A stretch of 31,435 bases of DNA from Deltaproteobacteria bacterium RIFCSPHIGHO2_02_FULL_40_11 (GTDB lineage: Bacteria; Bdellovibrionota; JACOXK01; 2-02-FULL-40-11): positions 4,761-36,195 of the forward strand of contig MGRI01000015.1 in assembly GCA_001798105.1 (NCBI GenBank). Reading direction: 5' to 3'. A model generated the notes under the pieces. That model saw nothing but the letters and a program-made list of their open reading frames with translations, made no database searches and was not told where the DNA came from. Each line of letters begins with the position of its first letter. The first letter of the stretch is position 1. Position numbers and translations under genes: made by a program. Below, piece by piece: positions 18,297-27,884 of this stretch.

Positions 18297-18382
18297 GAGA
18301 GGTGTCCGAGTGGTTGAAGGAGCACGCCTGGAAAGCGTGTATGCGGGAAACCGCATCGAGGGTTCGAATCCCTCCCTCTCCG
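18296..18382 (+). tRNA. tRNA-Ser (anticodon GGA), no encoded CCA
   Basis: GGAGAGG/CCTCTCC acceptor; CACGC-CT GGA AA-GCGTG; variable arm ATGCGG-GAAA-CCGCAT. Confidence 0.96.
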
Positions 18383-18401
18383 AATCTCTAGGAGATTTAC
18401 A

Positions 18402-19259
18402 ATGAAAATTGCTCTTCTTTTTAGTAAACAACGCGCAGATACCTGGGGTATCTATGTAGAAAATGCGCTTCGAAAAACAAAGCATGAGGTTTATCATTTT
18501 CAGCCCAGTGATTTATCATCGTTAAGAAACGATTTTGACCTTTATTTTAAAATAGATGATGGAAATTATAATTATGATTTCCCTCTGCATCTGAAACCAA
18601 AAATATATTATGTTTCAGATGTACACCTAAAACACGCTTGTAAAAAAATAATAAGACAAGCCAGAAATTATGACATTATTTTCTGCGCGTTGAAAGAAGG
18701 CGTTGGAAAATTTCAACGTCTTGGCATTAAAAGTTATTGGATTAATGCGGCCTGCGATCCACAGATCCATAAAAAATTAACGCTTCCTAAAATATATGAC
18801 ATCGGCTTTGTCGGTACGAGTGGCGCAATCCCAAGACAATTTTATTTACAGGCCCTAAGAGAAAAATACCCCAAAAGCTATATTGACCTAGCTCCACATA
18901 CTAAAATGGGAGAAATATATAGTCAGTCTAAAATTGGGTTTAGTTACCCTATTAAAGAAAATTGTTTCACCATGAGAAGTTGTGAAATTTTATCATGTGG
19001 CACGTTCTTATTGATGAAAAATATTAAAGATGCCACCGATGACACTCTTGAACAGCTCGGTTTCCAAGATAAAAAGCATTTAAGAATTTTTCATACCCCT
19101 AAAGAAATGTTTGATATTATCGATTATTATTTAAAAAATGGCGCGGAACGCGAAAACATAGCACAAGAAGGATACCTTTTGATCAGAAAACATCATACTT
19201 ATGATGACCGCGTCCAGGAAATGTTAGAGATTGTCAGAAGAGAACTAACAGTTTTCTGA
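18402..19259 (+). CDS. CgeB-like glycosyltransferase (Glyco_trans_1_2 type)
   Basis: ACDPQIH, YDIGFVG, MRSCEILSCGTFLL and RENIAQEGY...HTYDDRV motifs; GGAG SD. Confidence 0.75.
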   Translation: MKIALLFSKQRADTWGIYVENALRKTKHEVYHFQPSDLSSLRNDFDLYFKIDDGNYNYDFPLHLKPKIYYVSDVHLKHACKKIIRQARNYDIIFCALKEGVGKFQRLGIKSYWINAACDPQIHKKLTLPKIYDIGFVGTSGAIPRQFYLQALREKYPKSYIDLAPHTKMGEIYSQSKIGFSYPIKENCFTMRSCEILSCGTFLLMKNIKDATDDTLEQLGFQDKKHLRIFHTPKEMFDIIDYYLKNGAERENIAQEGYLLIRKHHTYDDRVQEMLEIVRRELTVF

Positions 19260-19266
19260 AAAAGAA

Positions 19267-19812
19267 CTAGGCAGTGATTAAACCTTTTCTTTTTCTAAGT
19301 AATCTTGCGGGATTTCCAGCCACCACACTAAAAGGTTCTACATTCTTCGTAACCACAGAGCCTGCGCCGATGAGACAACCACGCCCTATCGTAATACCCG
19401 GAAGAATAATGGCGCCAATTCCAATATCGCAATCATCTTCAATAACAACGGTTTTGTATATTTGTTCACAAAACAATATAGGAATTTCAAGATGATCAGG
19501 CTCCTCATGAACATGAGTCAAGACTTTAACACAAGGCCCCATTCCTACATTATTACCAATGATGAGGCCACCCCCGCTATGCAGAAAACAATTTTGTCCA
19601 ATCCAGGTATTATCCCCTATTTTGAGAACATTTTTATAATACCCTTTTAAAAAGGTATTGTGGCCGATATACACATTATTACCAATTTCAATATTCTCAG
19701 GGTGGAAAATGAGAACTCCACTTTCAACAACAACATTTTGTCCTATTTTTTTTATCTGGTTAAGATCACACGTACCATCGCCATGTGATTTAAATTGCCT
19801 TATGTTGATCAT
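19267..19812 (-). CDS. Hexapeptide-repeat (left-handed beta-helix) acyltransferase
   Basis: IG[N/D]NxxIG repeats and C-terminal IGAGSVVTKNVEPFSVVAGNPAR. ATG 19812 lies 2 nt after the upstream stop. Confidence 0.88.
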   Translation of the reverse strand: MINIRQFKSHGDGTCDLNQIKKIGQNVVVESGVLIFHPENIEIGNNVYIGHNTFLKGYYKNVLKIGDNTWIGQNCFLHSGGGLIIGNNVGMGPCVKVLTHVHEEPDHLEIPILFCEQIYKTVVIEDDCDIGIGAIILPGITIGRGCLIGAGSVVTKNVEPFSVVAGNPARLLRKRKGLITA

Positions 19813-19814
19813 TC

Positions 19815-20927
19815 TTAGACTAACCTCCGACAAGCGGCGATCACATTTTTCTCAAGACGATTGACTTGTGCTACGGTTAACCCTGCGTGAAGAGGTAATG
19901 CCAAAGAATTCTTATACGCTAGATACGCATGGGGTAAATCTGTGGAATGATAATGGTACTTTTTTTTAAAATACGGCTGTACATGTAAAGCGTAATTACC
20001 AATTGTAGTTTCAATTTTATCTTTATAGAGCTCACCCATCAGTTGATCTCGGTTTATTCTGCTTTTTAGTAAAATAATATACGATTGGAATACTTGGAGC
20101 CGGTCTTTAAAAAAAGTAGGGAGACTAAAAAAATCGTTCCCTTCAAAAAAAGTGTTTAGTTTTTTTGCAATTTGACGTCTTTTTTTAATTATTTCTTTTA
20201 TTTTTTTCATTTGTGAAATTCCCATACATGCAGAAATTTCTGTAAGTCGATAATTATACCCCACAGATTCAAAGAGAACCCGGTTACCAGACATTCTAAT
20301 TCCATGATTCCTCAGTTGACGACAAACCTTGGCAATTTTGGGGCTATTGGTAGTAATGACCCCGCCTTCCCCAGTCGTAACAATTTTTCGTGGATGAAAA
20401 CTAAAACAGCCGACGTCAGATAAAGAACCGCACATTTTATTTTTATATTTCGCCCCCAAAGCACAAGCCGCATCTTCAATGAGTTTAATATTTTTATCTT
20501 TTGCTATTTTGATAATGGGTTCCATGTCCACAGGTGTTCCAAATTGATGAACAATAATAATGGCCTTTGTTTTGTGTGATATTTTTTGTTTCATATCTAC
20601 AATACTTATATTGAATGAGTTCAAATCAATATCGACCAAAACAGACTTCGCACCACAATTTTCGACAACATTGGCAGTCGCCGGGAAGGTAAAGGCGGGG
20701 ACAAGGACCTCATCTCCCTTGCCAACACCCAGCGCAAGCAATGCAATGTGAAGAGCAGAAGTCCCCGAATTAACGGCAATGGCGTATTTCGTATGAATAA
20801 ATTTACAGATCGTCTTTTCAAAAGACTCTATCATGACTCCTTTGGTTAATTGCCCTGAAGTAATAATTCTTCTGAGATCACTTTTAATTTCATTGAAACG
20901 AAGTGTGGGCGCGGCCAAGCGGATCAT
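19815..20927 (-). CDS. DegT/DnrJ/EryC1/StrS PLP-dependent sugar aminotransferase
   Basis: AVNSGTSALH, IEDAACALG, FSFHPRKIVTTGEGG (catalytic Lys) and GYNYRL motifs. Confidence 0.92.
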   Translation of the reverse strand: MIRLAAPTLRFNEIKSDLRRIITSGQLTKGVMIESFEKTICKFIHTKYAIAVNSGTSALHIALLALGVGKGDEVLVPAFTFPATANVVENCGAKSVLVDIDLNSFNISIVDMKQKISHKTKAIIIVHQFGTPVDMEPIIKIAKDKNIKLIEDAACALGAKYKNKMCGSLSDVGCFSFHPRKIVTTGEGGVITTNSPKIAKVCRQLRNHGIRMSGNRVLFESVGYNYRLTEISACMGISQMKKIKEIIKKRRQIAKKLNTFFEGNDFFSLPTFFKDRLQVFQSYIILLKSRINRDQLMGELYKDKIETTIGNYALHVQPYFKKKYHYHSTDLPHAYLAYKNSLALPLHAGLTVAQVNRLEKNVIAACRRLV

Positions 20928-21877
20928 AAATTAAATTCTTTATACCATTCGATGGCTTTCATTAAACCTTCTTCTATGTCTACTTTTGGGCGGTAGCCTA
21001 GAATTTCCTGAGCCTTCTTAATGGAGGGGACACGTAATCTCACATCTGTAAATTGGTGTTCTTGAAAAACAATTTTAGATTTGGAATGAGAGATCTCTTT
21101 AATTTTTTTTGCTAACTCAAGAATAGAAATAGTTGAAGCGGGGTTTCCAATATTAAATATATTACCAATCGCTTTTTCATCTGAAAGACAAGCGATCAAG
21201 ACATTAACGCAATCACTGACATAACACCAAGATCTGATTTGAGTCCCATCTCCTCGAACAATCAAATCATTATGCCTTAGGGCATTTTTAGCGAAGTGTT
21301 GAATAGCCCCCTCACCAATTTGACGAGGACCATAAATATTAAAAGGACGAACAACGACCACAGGCAAATTTGTCTCTTTTCGAAAAGAAAAACTTAGATG
21401 ATCTCCAGCCAATTTACTAACTGCATAAGACCATCGAGGAATAGTCGCAGGGCCTTGATGTGTTAAATCGCCTTCATTTGCATCAAATATCATCGGGCCA
21501 TAGACCTCGCTGGTTGAACAATTCAAAAATAGTTTTACCCCCATCTCAGAACTCGCCTTTAAAGCATGATAAGTTCCTAAAAGGTTTACTTCCATTGTTT
21601 TAAGAGGAGACTCATAATAACTCGACACACCCGCTATCGCCGCAAGATGAACAACGATATCTTTATTTCTAATTGCATTTTTTAAACTTTCGTAATTTAA
21701 AATATCTCCTTTGATAAATTGAAGGTTAGGATGTTTTTCAATCTGAGTATATCGCAAGGCATTACGCCGACCATTGTCATAGAGCGTAATCTTATTATTC
21801 TCAACCAACGCTTCGCAAAGATGGCTTCCAATAAAACCTCCTCCGCCTGTTATTAAAATATTTTTATTTTTAATCAT
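20924..21877 (-). CDS. NAD-dependent nucleotide-sugar epimerase/dehydratase (extended SDR)
   Basis: [24 protein letters not shown] (YxxxK) and [10 protein letters not shown] motifs. Confidence 0.9.
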   Translation of the reverse strand: MIKNKNILITGGGGFIGSHLCEALVENNKITLYDNGRRNALRYTQIEKHPNLQFIKGDILNYESLKNAIRNKDIVVHLAAIAGVSSYYESPLKTMEVNLLGTYHALKASSEMGVKLFLNCSTSEVYGPMIFDANEGDLTHQGPATIPRWSYAVSKLAGDHLSFSFRKETNLPVVVVRPFNIYGPRQIGEGAIQHFAKNALRHNDLIVRGDGTQIRSWCYVSDCVNVLIACLSDEKAIGNIFNIGNPASTISILELAKKIKEISHSKSKIVFQEHQFTDVRLRVPSIKKAQEILGYRPKVDIEEGLMKAIEWYKEFNL

Positions 21878-22989
21878 TTAAAATCGTTCTCAAATGCTTC
21901 CTGAATGGTTTCCACTATAAAAACGACCTCTTTTTTAGTCAGCTCAGGAAATAAAGGCAATGAGAGAATTGTTTCACTATACTCTTCTGTGACAGGCATA
22001 TCCCCTTTTTTGTATCCCAGATGTCGATATGCGGGCTGTAAATGGAGAGGAATAGGATAGTGAACTCCGGTGGCAATTCCTTTTTGCGCTAAGTATTTAG
22101 AAAGTTTTTCACGATATCGGGTTCGAATTACATAAAGATGAAAGACACTTTTAAAATGATCGTGACATAAAGGAGGACTGATTTTATCTATATTTTTAAG
22201 TAAATCATTGTACAGGTAAGCCTCATTTTGTCTAGCTTCGGTCCATTGGTTAAGATGTTTGAGTTTTACACTTAAAATAGCAGCTTGAAGTGCATCCATT
22301 CTCTCATTGTAACCTTCAATAAGGTGTTCATATTTTTCAATTCTGCCATGATTTCTGAGAAGCGATATTGTCCTAGCTATATCTTCATTGTTTGTAAGAA
22401 CCATACCGGCATCTCCATAGGCGCCTAAATTTTTTCCAGGAAAGAAGCTAAAACAAGCAGCATCGGATAGTGTTCCAACTTTTTTTGATTTATATTCAGC
22501 GCCATGAGCTTGGGCAGCATCTTCAATTAAATAAAGAAGATGTCTTTTTGCAATTGCCTGGATGGCATCCATATCGGCGGGTCTACCATATAAATGGACC
22601 GCAATAATTGCTTTCGTTCTCGGCGTTATTTTTTGTTCAACCTGTTTGGGATCTATATTGTAAGATTCTTTTTCAATGTCTACAAAAATAGGTTTCGCAC
22701 CTACCTGAGAAACCGCTTCTGCTGTTGCAAAAAATGTGTTTGCAGGAAGAATAACTTCATCCCCCCCTCCAATGCCTAATGCTTTTAAAGATAGAAAAAG
22801 CGCTGAAGTCCCCGAACTCGTACCGATTCCAAATTTTGCATTGTGAAGATCGGAGAATTCTTTTTCAAACTGTCGAACCTCTTCCCCCATAATAAAATGA
22901 GCGTTCTCAATAATTTTCTTTATCGCAGCATCAATATCTTTTTTTATAACCTGATATTGTCTTTGGAGATCCACCAATGGGATATGCAT
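21874..22989 (-). CDS. DegT/DnrJ-family aminotransferase, WbpE/WlbC-like
   Basis: IPLVDL N-terminus, [26 protein letters not shown] and [13 protein letters not shown] motifs. Confidence 0.9.
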   Translation of the reverse strand: MHIPLVDLQRQYQVIKKDIDAAIKKIIENAHFIMGEEVRQFEKEFSDLHNAKFGIGTSSGTSALFLSLKALGIGGGDEVILPANTFFATAEAVSQVGAKPIFVDIEKESYNIDPKQVEQKITPRTKAIIAVHLYGRPADMDAIQAIAKRHLLYLIEDAAQAHGAEYKSKKVGTLSDAACFSFFPGKNLGAYGDAGMVLTNNEDIARTISLLRNHGRIEKYEHLIEGYNERMDALQAAILSVKLKHLNQWTEARQNEAYLYNDLLKNIDKISPPLCHDHFKSVFHLYVIRTRYREKLSKYLAQKGIATGVHYPIPLHLQPAYRHLGYKKGDMPVTEEYSETILSLPLFPELTKKEVVFIVETIQEAFENDFK

Positions 22990-23003
22990 AAGAAGAATTT
23001 TCC

Positions 23004-24005
23004 TTACTCTATGGGCACAAACGCGCCCTGATTTTTTAGAGATGTCTGGGCCGCCTCTAAGACTTTTACCACTCTTAGTCCGTTCTCACCATCCGTTTTT
23101 GGAGATATTGATTTTCTAATACACTCTATAAAATGAGTAATTTCTATTTTGAGAGGTTCATTTAAATCTATTTTTGGAATATAAATATCCCCTGATCGCA
23201 ATTTTAAAAAATATTCTCCATAGGCATCCTCCACTTTGGAGATTCCTTTATCATAAATTTTAAGTTTAGCTTCATTGTCTATGTCATCATAAACAATCAT
23301 TTTTTTATCCCCCACGATGGTCATTTCTCGAACCTTAGAAGGACTTAGCCAAGAAACATGCACATACGCTATTACACCACTTGCGAACTCTAATGTCATA
23401 AAAACCACATCTTCAATTTTATCTTGAATAAATGCCTTTCCAACCGCACTGACTCGCCGAGGTGTCTCGCCCAATAAATATATTAATATAGAAATATCAT
23501 GGGGAGCTAAATTCCACATCGCATTAATATCTTCTCTAACCTGACCCAAGTTAAGTCTTGAAGAATAGATATAATAAACACTCCCCACGTCCCCATGATC
23601 AATATACTCTTTGAGTTTTATGACCGCGGGATTATACTCGAAGGTGTGCCCAACCATTAAAATCTTATGTCTTTCCTTGGCTATTCTTATCAGTTCTTGG
23701 ACTTCTTTGGTCGTAATCGCAAGAGGTTTTTCGACAAAAACATGTTTATTATTTTCCAAAGCTATTTTAGCCATCTCAAAGTGTCTCGTTGCAGGCGTGG
23801 CAATCACCACAACATCAATTTCATCACAAGAAAGAATTTCATTAAAATCTCTGGTCGTATTTACTGAAGAATAAGAGGTCCTAATATTTTGAAGACGTTC
23901 TTCACGAATGTCACAAGCCGTTAATTTTATTCCCTCAATTTTGGAAAAATTTCGAATTAAATTTGGCCCCCAAAAACCACAGCCCACAATAGCTATATGA
24001 TTCAT
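23004..24005 (-). CDS. Gfo/Idh/MocA oxidoreductase, WbpB/WlbA-like
   Basis: [36 protein letters not shown] and LAPHD motifs. Confidence 0.88.
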   Translation of the reverse strand: MNHIAIVGCGFWGPNLIRNFSKIEGIKLTACDIREERLQNIRTSYSSVNTTRDFNEILSCDEIDVVVIATPATRHFEMAKIALENNKHVFVEKPLAITTKEVQELIRIAKERHKILMVGHTFEYNPAVIKLKEYIDHGDVGSVYYIYSSRLNLGQVREDINAMWNLAPHDISILIYLLGETPRRVSAVGKAFIQDKIEDVVFMTLEFASGVIAYVHVSWLSPSKVREMTIVGDKKMIVYDDIDNEAKLKIYDKGISKVEDAYGEYFLKLRSGDIYIPKIDLNEPLKIEITHFIECIRKSISPKTDGENGLRVVKVLEAAQTSLKNQGAFVPIE

Positions 24006-24625
24006 AGAGATTCCATTCTATTTATTTTGTTATTATCTAAAAAATATTTTAGCCCACATTTGTGACATACAGTGGTATCTGACGCAAAATTCAATTTGAT
24101 CCCACATTCACAAACCCAACCCTGCAACTTAGCTGGATTCCCATAAAATAACGCGTGGGGAGGAACATCTCTAGTCACAACACTGCCCGCCCCAATGAAG
24201 GCATGTTCTCCAATCGTATGGCCACATACAATAGTGGCATTGGCTCCTATACTGGCCCCTCTTTTAACGAAAGTTGGAAGATAATGTTCAGGGCTATTTT
24301 GGGGATATAAACAACGAGGATTTAAAATATTTGTAAAGACCATCGACGGACCACAGAAAACATAATCTTCGAGCTGAACGCCTGCATAAATAGATACATT
24401 ATTTTGAATCTTGCAATAATTTCCAATTCGAACATTTTCACCAATAAAGACAGATTGTCCTATATTACAGTTTTCACCAATATTTGCATTGTGGCGAACA
24501 TGAGAAAAATACCAAATTTTTGTCCCCTTCCCAATAGAAACATTTTCTTCAATAAAAGAAGATGCATGTACAAAATAGTCATTCATAAATAGAGGTAATT
24601 TATTAAAAAATTTGTTTTTTGACAA
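24002..24625 (-). CDS. Sugar N-acetyltransferase, WbpD/WlbB-like
   Basis: IGKGTKIWYFSHV, CKIQNNVSIY, VFCGPSMVFTNILNPR, GASIGANATIVCG and GWVCECG motifs; TTG start with GGAGGGGG SD. Confidence 0.9.
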   Translation of the reverse strand: MSKNKFFNKLPLFMNDYFVHASSFIEENVSIGKGTKIWYFSHVRHNANIGENCNIGQSVFIGENVRIGNYCKIQNNVSIYAGVQLEDYVFCGPSMVFTNILNPRCLYPQNSPEHYLPTFVKRGASIGANATIVCGHTIGEHAFIGAGSVVTRDVPPHALFYGNPAKLQGWVCECGIKLNFASDTTVCHKCGLKYFLDNNKINRMESL

Positions 24626-24711
24626 TAATATATCCCCCTCCTGTTTGCAACAGCATAGTTTACTTAATTTTTTTATAGTTTCCTACTCTTAGGGGGGCGT
24701 CTTGAACTGTT

Positions 24712-26262
24712 TTAAAAAAACTGCCACCAAAGATATACCATGATGATTAAAATGCTATAGACCAAGACTTTAAAAAGAGAATTTTGTTTGGGTGTGAGCT
24801 CACCGTCTTTTAAAACCTGTTTCACATCTTTCCAAACCAAGCCTGTAGTCTGCTCCTTAGAAGGCTTACCCGTAAAAAGTGAAATACCCACCAAAAGAAC
24901 GACAGAAGCGCCAAACGTAATGGCGGCAGAAATTAAAAATGGGTAGGGATTATAAACCAGAAGCAATATTCCCAAAATAAGTCCTCCAATTAAAGAACAC
25001 ATCACCCCTGGATAATTGGCCCTACGCCAAAAAATACCCAATAAAAAAGAAGCCGCAATGGGTGGACTAATCGCCGCATTCACTTGTTGTAAGTACTGAA
25101 ATAAAGATTCAGCCCGGGCTACCACAATCACCCACGCCATTCCAAATGCCATCACAATGGCCGTTGTCCAACGACCAATTTTTACAACAGAATGTTTCGA
25201 AGCTCTGGGATGAAAACGACCATAAAAATCCAGTGCCACCAAAGTTGAAGTCGAATTGAGCGTTGAATCCAAAGAAGACATCAGCGCTGCAATCAAAGCA
25301 GCCGCCACAAGCCCTGTCACACCCACCGGTAAAAGCTCATTCACCAGGGTGGGAAACACTGCTTTTGCTTCAATCTCTGGAAACAGCACACGCGCGCAGA
25401 GTCCCGGAAGAACAAATAAAAACACGGGTAGAATTTTTAAAAACGCTGCAAAAATAGATCCCATTCTGGCTTGATGTATCGACCTAGCCCCAAGAACTCT
25501 TTGCACAATCACCTGATCCGTACACCAATACCAAATTCCTAAAACAGGCACCCCTAAAACAAGCCCAACCCAAGGCATTTCTGGATCGGATGCAGGCCGA
25601 ACCATGTCAAACATACTGGCATCCAGTCCTGCTTTTAATTCCGTCCACCCGCCGACGCGATCAAGCGCAATGAAAGACAAGGCCGCTGTTCCGATCAGTA
25701 AAATAATCGCTTGAATGGAATCTGTGTACACAACGGCTTTTAATCCCCCTGCCGCTGTATATAAAACCGTCGTTCCCGCTAAAATAAAAATGGATGTCCA
25801 AAATCCAAGCCCAAACATTTGCTGCATGACAATCGCACCCGCATACAGCGCCACAGAAATTCGAACCAAAACATTTGCCACAATCGTAATAAAAGATAAA
25901 TAAATTCTTGCCCCAACCCCATACCTTTTTTCTAAAAATTCTGGCATGGTTTGAATTTTTGACCCCACATAAAAAGGCACAAAAACAACAGCTAAAATAA
26001 GTAAAATTAAACAGGCGCCCCATTCATAGTTTCCAACGGCAAGTCCTGTACGAAAACCATCTGCAGATAAACCAATTAAATGTTCAGAAGAAATATTTGA
26101 GGCAAATAAAGAAGCCCCGATCATAAACCAGCCCAACTTACGTCCCGCTACAAAAAAATCACTGTCACCTTTTTGATCTGTTCTCGAAAAATATAGCCCC
26201 AACGCCAAAACAACGACAAAATACGCAATTACAATAATTAAATCGATTCCCGTCAGTGTCAT
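24712..26262 (-). CDS. Sodium:solute symporter (SGLT-like sugar transporter)
   Basis: FFVAGR, ASNISSEHLIG, TMPEFLEKRY, YTAAGGLKAVVYTD, WYWCTDQVIVQR and AALMSSLDSTLNS motifs. Confidence 0.93.
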   Translation of the reverse strand: MTLTGIDLIIVIAYFVVVLALGLYFSRTDQKGDSDFFVAGRKLGWFMIGASLFASNISSEHLIGLSADGFRTGLAVGNYEWGACLILLILAVVFVPFYVGSKIQTMPEFLEKRYGVGARIYLSFITIVANVLVRISVALYAGAIVMQQMFGLGFWTSIFILAGTTVLYTAAGGLKAVVYTDSIQAIILLIGTAALSFIALDRVGGWTELKAGLDASMFDMVRPASDPEMPWVGLVLGVPVLGIWYWCTDQVIVQRVLGARSIHQARMGSIFAAFLKILPVFLFVLPGLCARVLFPEIEAKAVFPTLVNELLPVGVTGLVAAALIAALMSSLDSTLNSTSTLVALDFYGRFHPRASKHSVVKIGRWTTAIVMAFGMAWVIVVARAESLFQYLQQVNAAISPPIAASFLLGIFWRRANYPGVMCSLIGGLILGILLLVYNPYPFLISAAITFGASVVLLVGISLFTGKPSKEQTTGLVWKDVKQVLKDGELTPKQNSLFKVLVYSILIIMVYLWWQFF

Positions 26263-26270
26263 AGAATATA

Positions 26271-26299
26271 TTGATTTTCATACCCCTTCTTGTCATAAT
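26271..26299 (+). promoter_or_regulatory. Putative sigma70 promoter of the glucoamylase gene
   Basis: TTGATT (26271-26276), 17 nt, CATAAT (26294-26299) with TG extension. Confidence 0.55.
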
Positions 26300-26317
26300 A
26301 GCCAAGAAAATTCCTCT

Positions 26318-27697
26318 ATGAAGAAATCGTGTGTTTGTGTTTTTAGTTTATTGATTTTATTTTTGTCTTTTACAATTGAGGCCAAAAACCTAGACGATTG
26401 GCTGAATGTTCAAGAAAAAATTTCGCTTTCAAAAATTCAAGAAAATATTTCGCCGGAAGACGCCAAACCCGGTGTTGTGATTGCCTCACCCTCAACACAA
26501 AAACCCGATTATTATTACCATTGGGTGCGCGATGCTGCTCTTGCAATGGACGTATTTAATTACACTTCGGCGTCCAAAGATCTCCTTTTAGAATTCGCAA
26601 CCTTTTCAAGACAAAATCAAATCGATTCAGGTTTTTTGGGACTCGGGGAACCTAAATATTATGTTCATGGCCGCCCCTATGATTTGCCCTGGGGAAGACC
26701 GCAAAATGATGGCCCTGCTTTACGTGCACTCACTTTAATTCGATTTGCAAATACCTTATTAGAACAAGGGGATACTGAAACCGTTCGAAAACACTTATAT
26801 GTTGGCGCATTCCCAGCCACAAAAGTCATTAAAGTGGATTTGGAGTTTACAGGAAATTATTGGAGCCAACCTTGTTTTGATCTTTGGGAAGAGCGGTGGG
26901 GACATCATTTTTATACCCGAATGGTCCAACGGAGAGCCCTCTTAGAAGGATCTCGCCTAGCAGAAAAATTGGACGACCCAGAGGCTGCCACCTGGTATTT
27001 CAAAGAAGCCTCAAAAATAGAAAAGGATCTTTTACGATTTCAATCCATAGACAAAGAAGTTTTGCTTCCCACGCTCAACGGCGAAAATGGGAATGATTTT
27101 CGAGAAACAAAACTCGATACCAGTATTCTTTTAGCCGTGCTGCATAGTTACAATTTCCAAGATCGTTTTTATTCAGCATCGAACGAATGGATTTTATCCA
27201 CCACCTCACAATTGGAAGCGGCTTTTGAAAAAACCTATCCAATTAATGACCGCGCGGTACCTGGAATTTTAATTGGCCGCTACCCAGAAGATGAATATTA
27301 TGGTGGGAATCCGTGGTTTTTAACCACGCTTGCCATGGCTGAAATTTATTACCGGGCGATCTTAGAATTTATTCAAGATGAAAAAATTGAAATTACTGCA
27401 CTCAATCAAAAGTTTTTTAATCGGCTCATTCAAAGATATGGCGATCAAACAAAACTAAAAATTGGCGAAACCTTCACATTTCAAGAAGACAAATTTCATG
27501 AAATTTTAAATTTAATGCGATGGAAAGCAGATAATTTTCTACGTGTCATTCAACTTTACACAAAACCGTCTGGAGCGATGTCTGAACAAATTTCAAAACA
27601 GGATGGACGCCAAATTTCCGCGAATGATTTAACATGGAGCTATGCTGCATTTTTAACTGCGAAATGGCTCAGGGAAGAAGTTTTAGCGTATTTTTAA
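26318..27697 (+). CDS. Secreted glucoamylase (GH15), fungal-type signature
   Basis: Signal peptide; PDYYYHWVRDAAL, WGRPQNDGPALRA, FDLWEE, IGRYPEDEYYGGNPWFLTT, MSEQ and SANDLTWSYAAFL motifs. Confidence 0.93.
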   Translation: MKKSCVCVFSLLILFLSFTIEAKNLDDWLNVQEKISLSKIQENISPEDAKPGVVIASPSTQKPDYYYHWVRDAALAMDVFNYTSASKDLLLEFATFSRQNQIDSGFLGLGEPKYYVHGRPYDLPWGRPQNDGPALRALTLIRFANTLLEQGDTETVRKHLYVGAFPATKVIKVDLEFTGNYWSQPCFDLWEERWGHHFYTRMVQRRALLEGSRLAEKLDDPEAATWYFKEASKIEKDLLRFQSIDKEVLLPTLNGENGNDFRETKLDTSILLAVLHSYNFQDRFYSASNEWILSTTSQLEAAFEKTYPINDRAVPGILIGRYPEDEYYGGNPWFLTTLAMAEIYYRAILEFIQDEKIEITALNQKFFNRLIQRYGDQTKLKIGETFTFQEDKFHEILNLMRWKADNFLRVIQLYTKPSGAMSEQISKQDGRQISANDLTWSYAAFLTAKWLREEVLAYF

Positions 27698-27749
27698 AAA
27701 CCAAGAAAGTTCTTTCCAAAAGCATCTTACATATCCTATAAAGAAGGCT

Positions 27750-27856
27750 CTGGCAGCTGGGACCTTGGCGATGGAACGCCTTAAACCCCGCCAGGTCCGG
27801 AAGGAAGCAACGGAATGGGGTGTCTTCCAGGTGTTCAAGACAATCCTGGTTGCCAG
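27750..27856 (+). ncRNA. ffs: Signal recognition particle RNA (small, 4.5S type)
   Basis: Conserved CAGGTCC-GGAA-GGAAGCA core; terminal helix CTGGCAGC/GTTGCCAG; ACCCC/GGGGT; usual position upstream of dnaX. Confidence 0.92.
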
Positions 27857-27878
27857 CGTTTAAAAGAATCGGTAGTAT
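27850..27878 (+). promoter_or_regulatory. Putative leaderless promoter of dnaX
   Basis: TTGCCA (27850-27855), 17 nt, TAGTAT (27873-27878), 6 nt, ATG; no SD. Confidence 0.6.
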
Positions 27879-27884
27879 TCCATC

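Noticed and set aside
20989-20996. ops/JUMPstart-like GGCGGTAG near the sugar cluster
   Set aside because: It lies on the + strand inside a minus-strand coding region, the wrong strand and place for RfaH loading.
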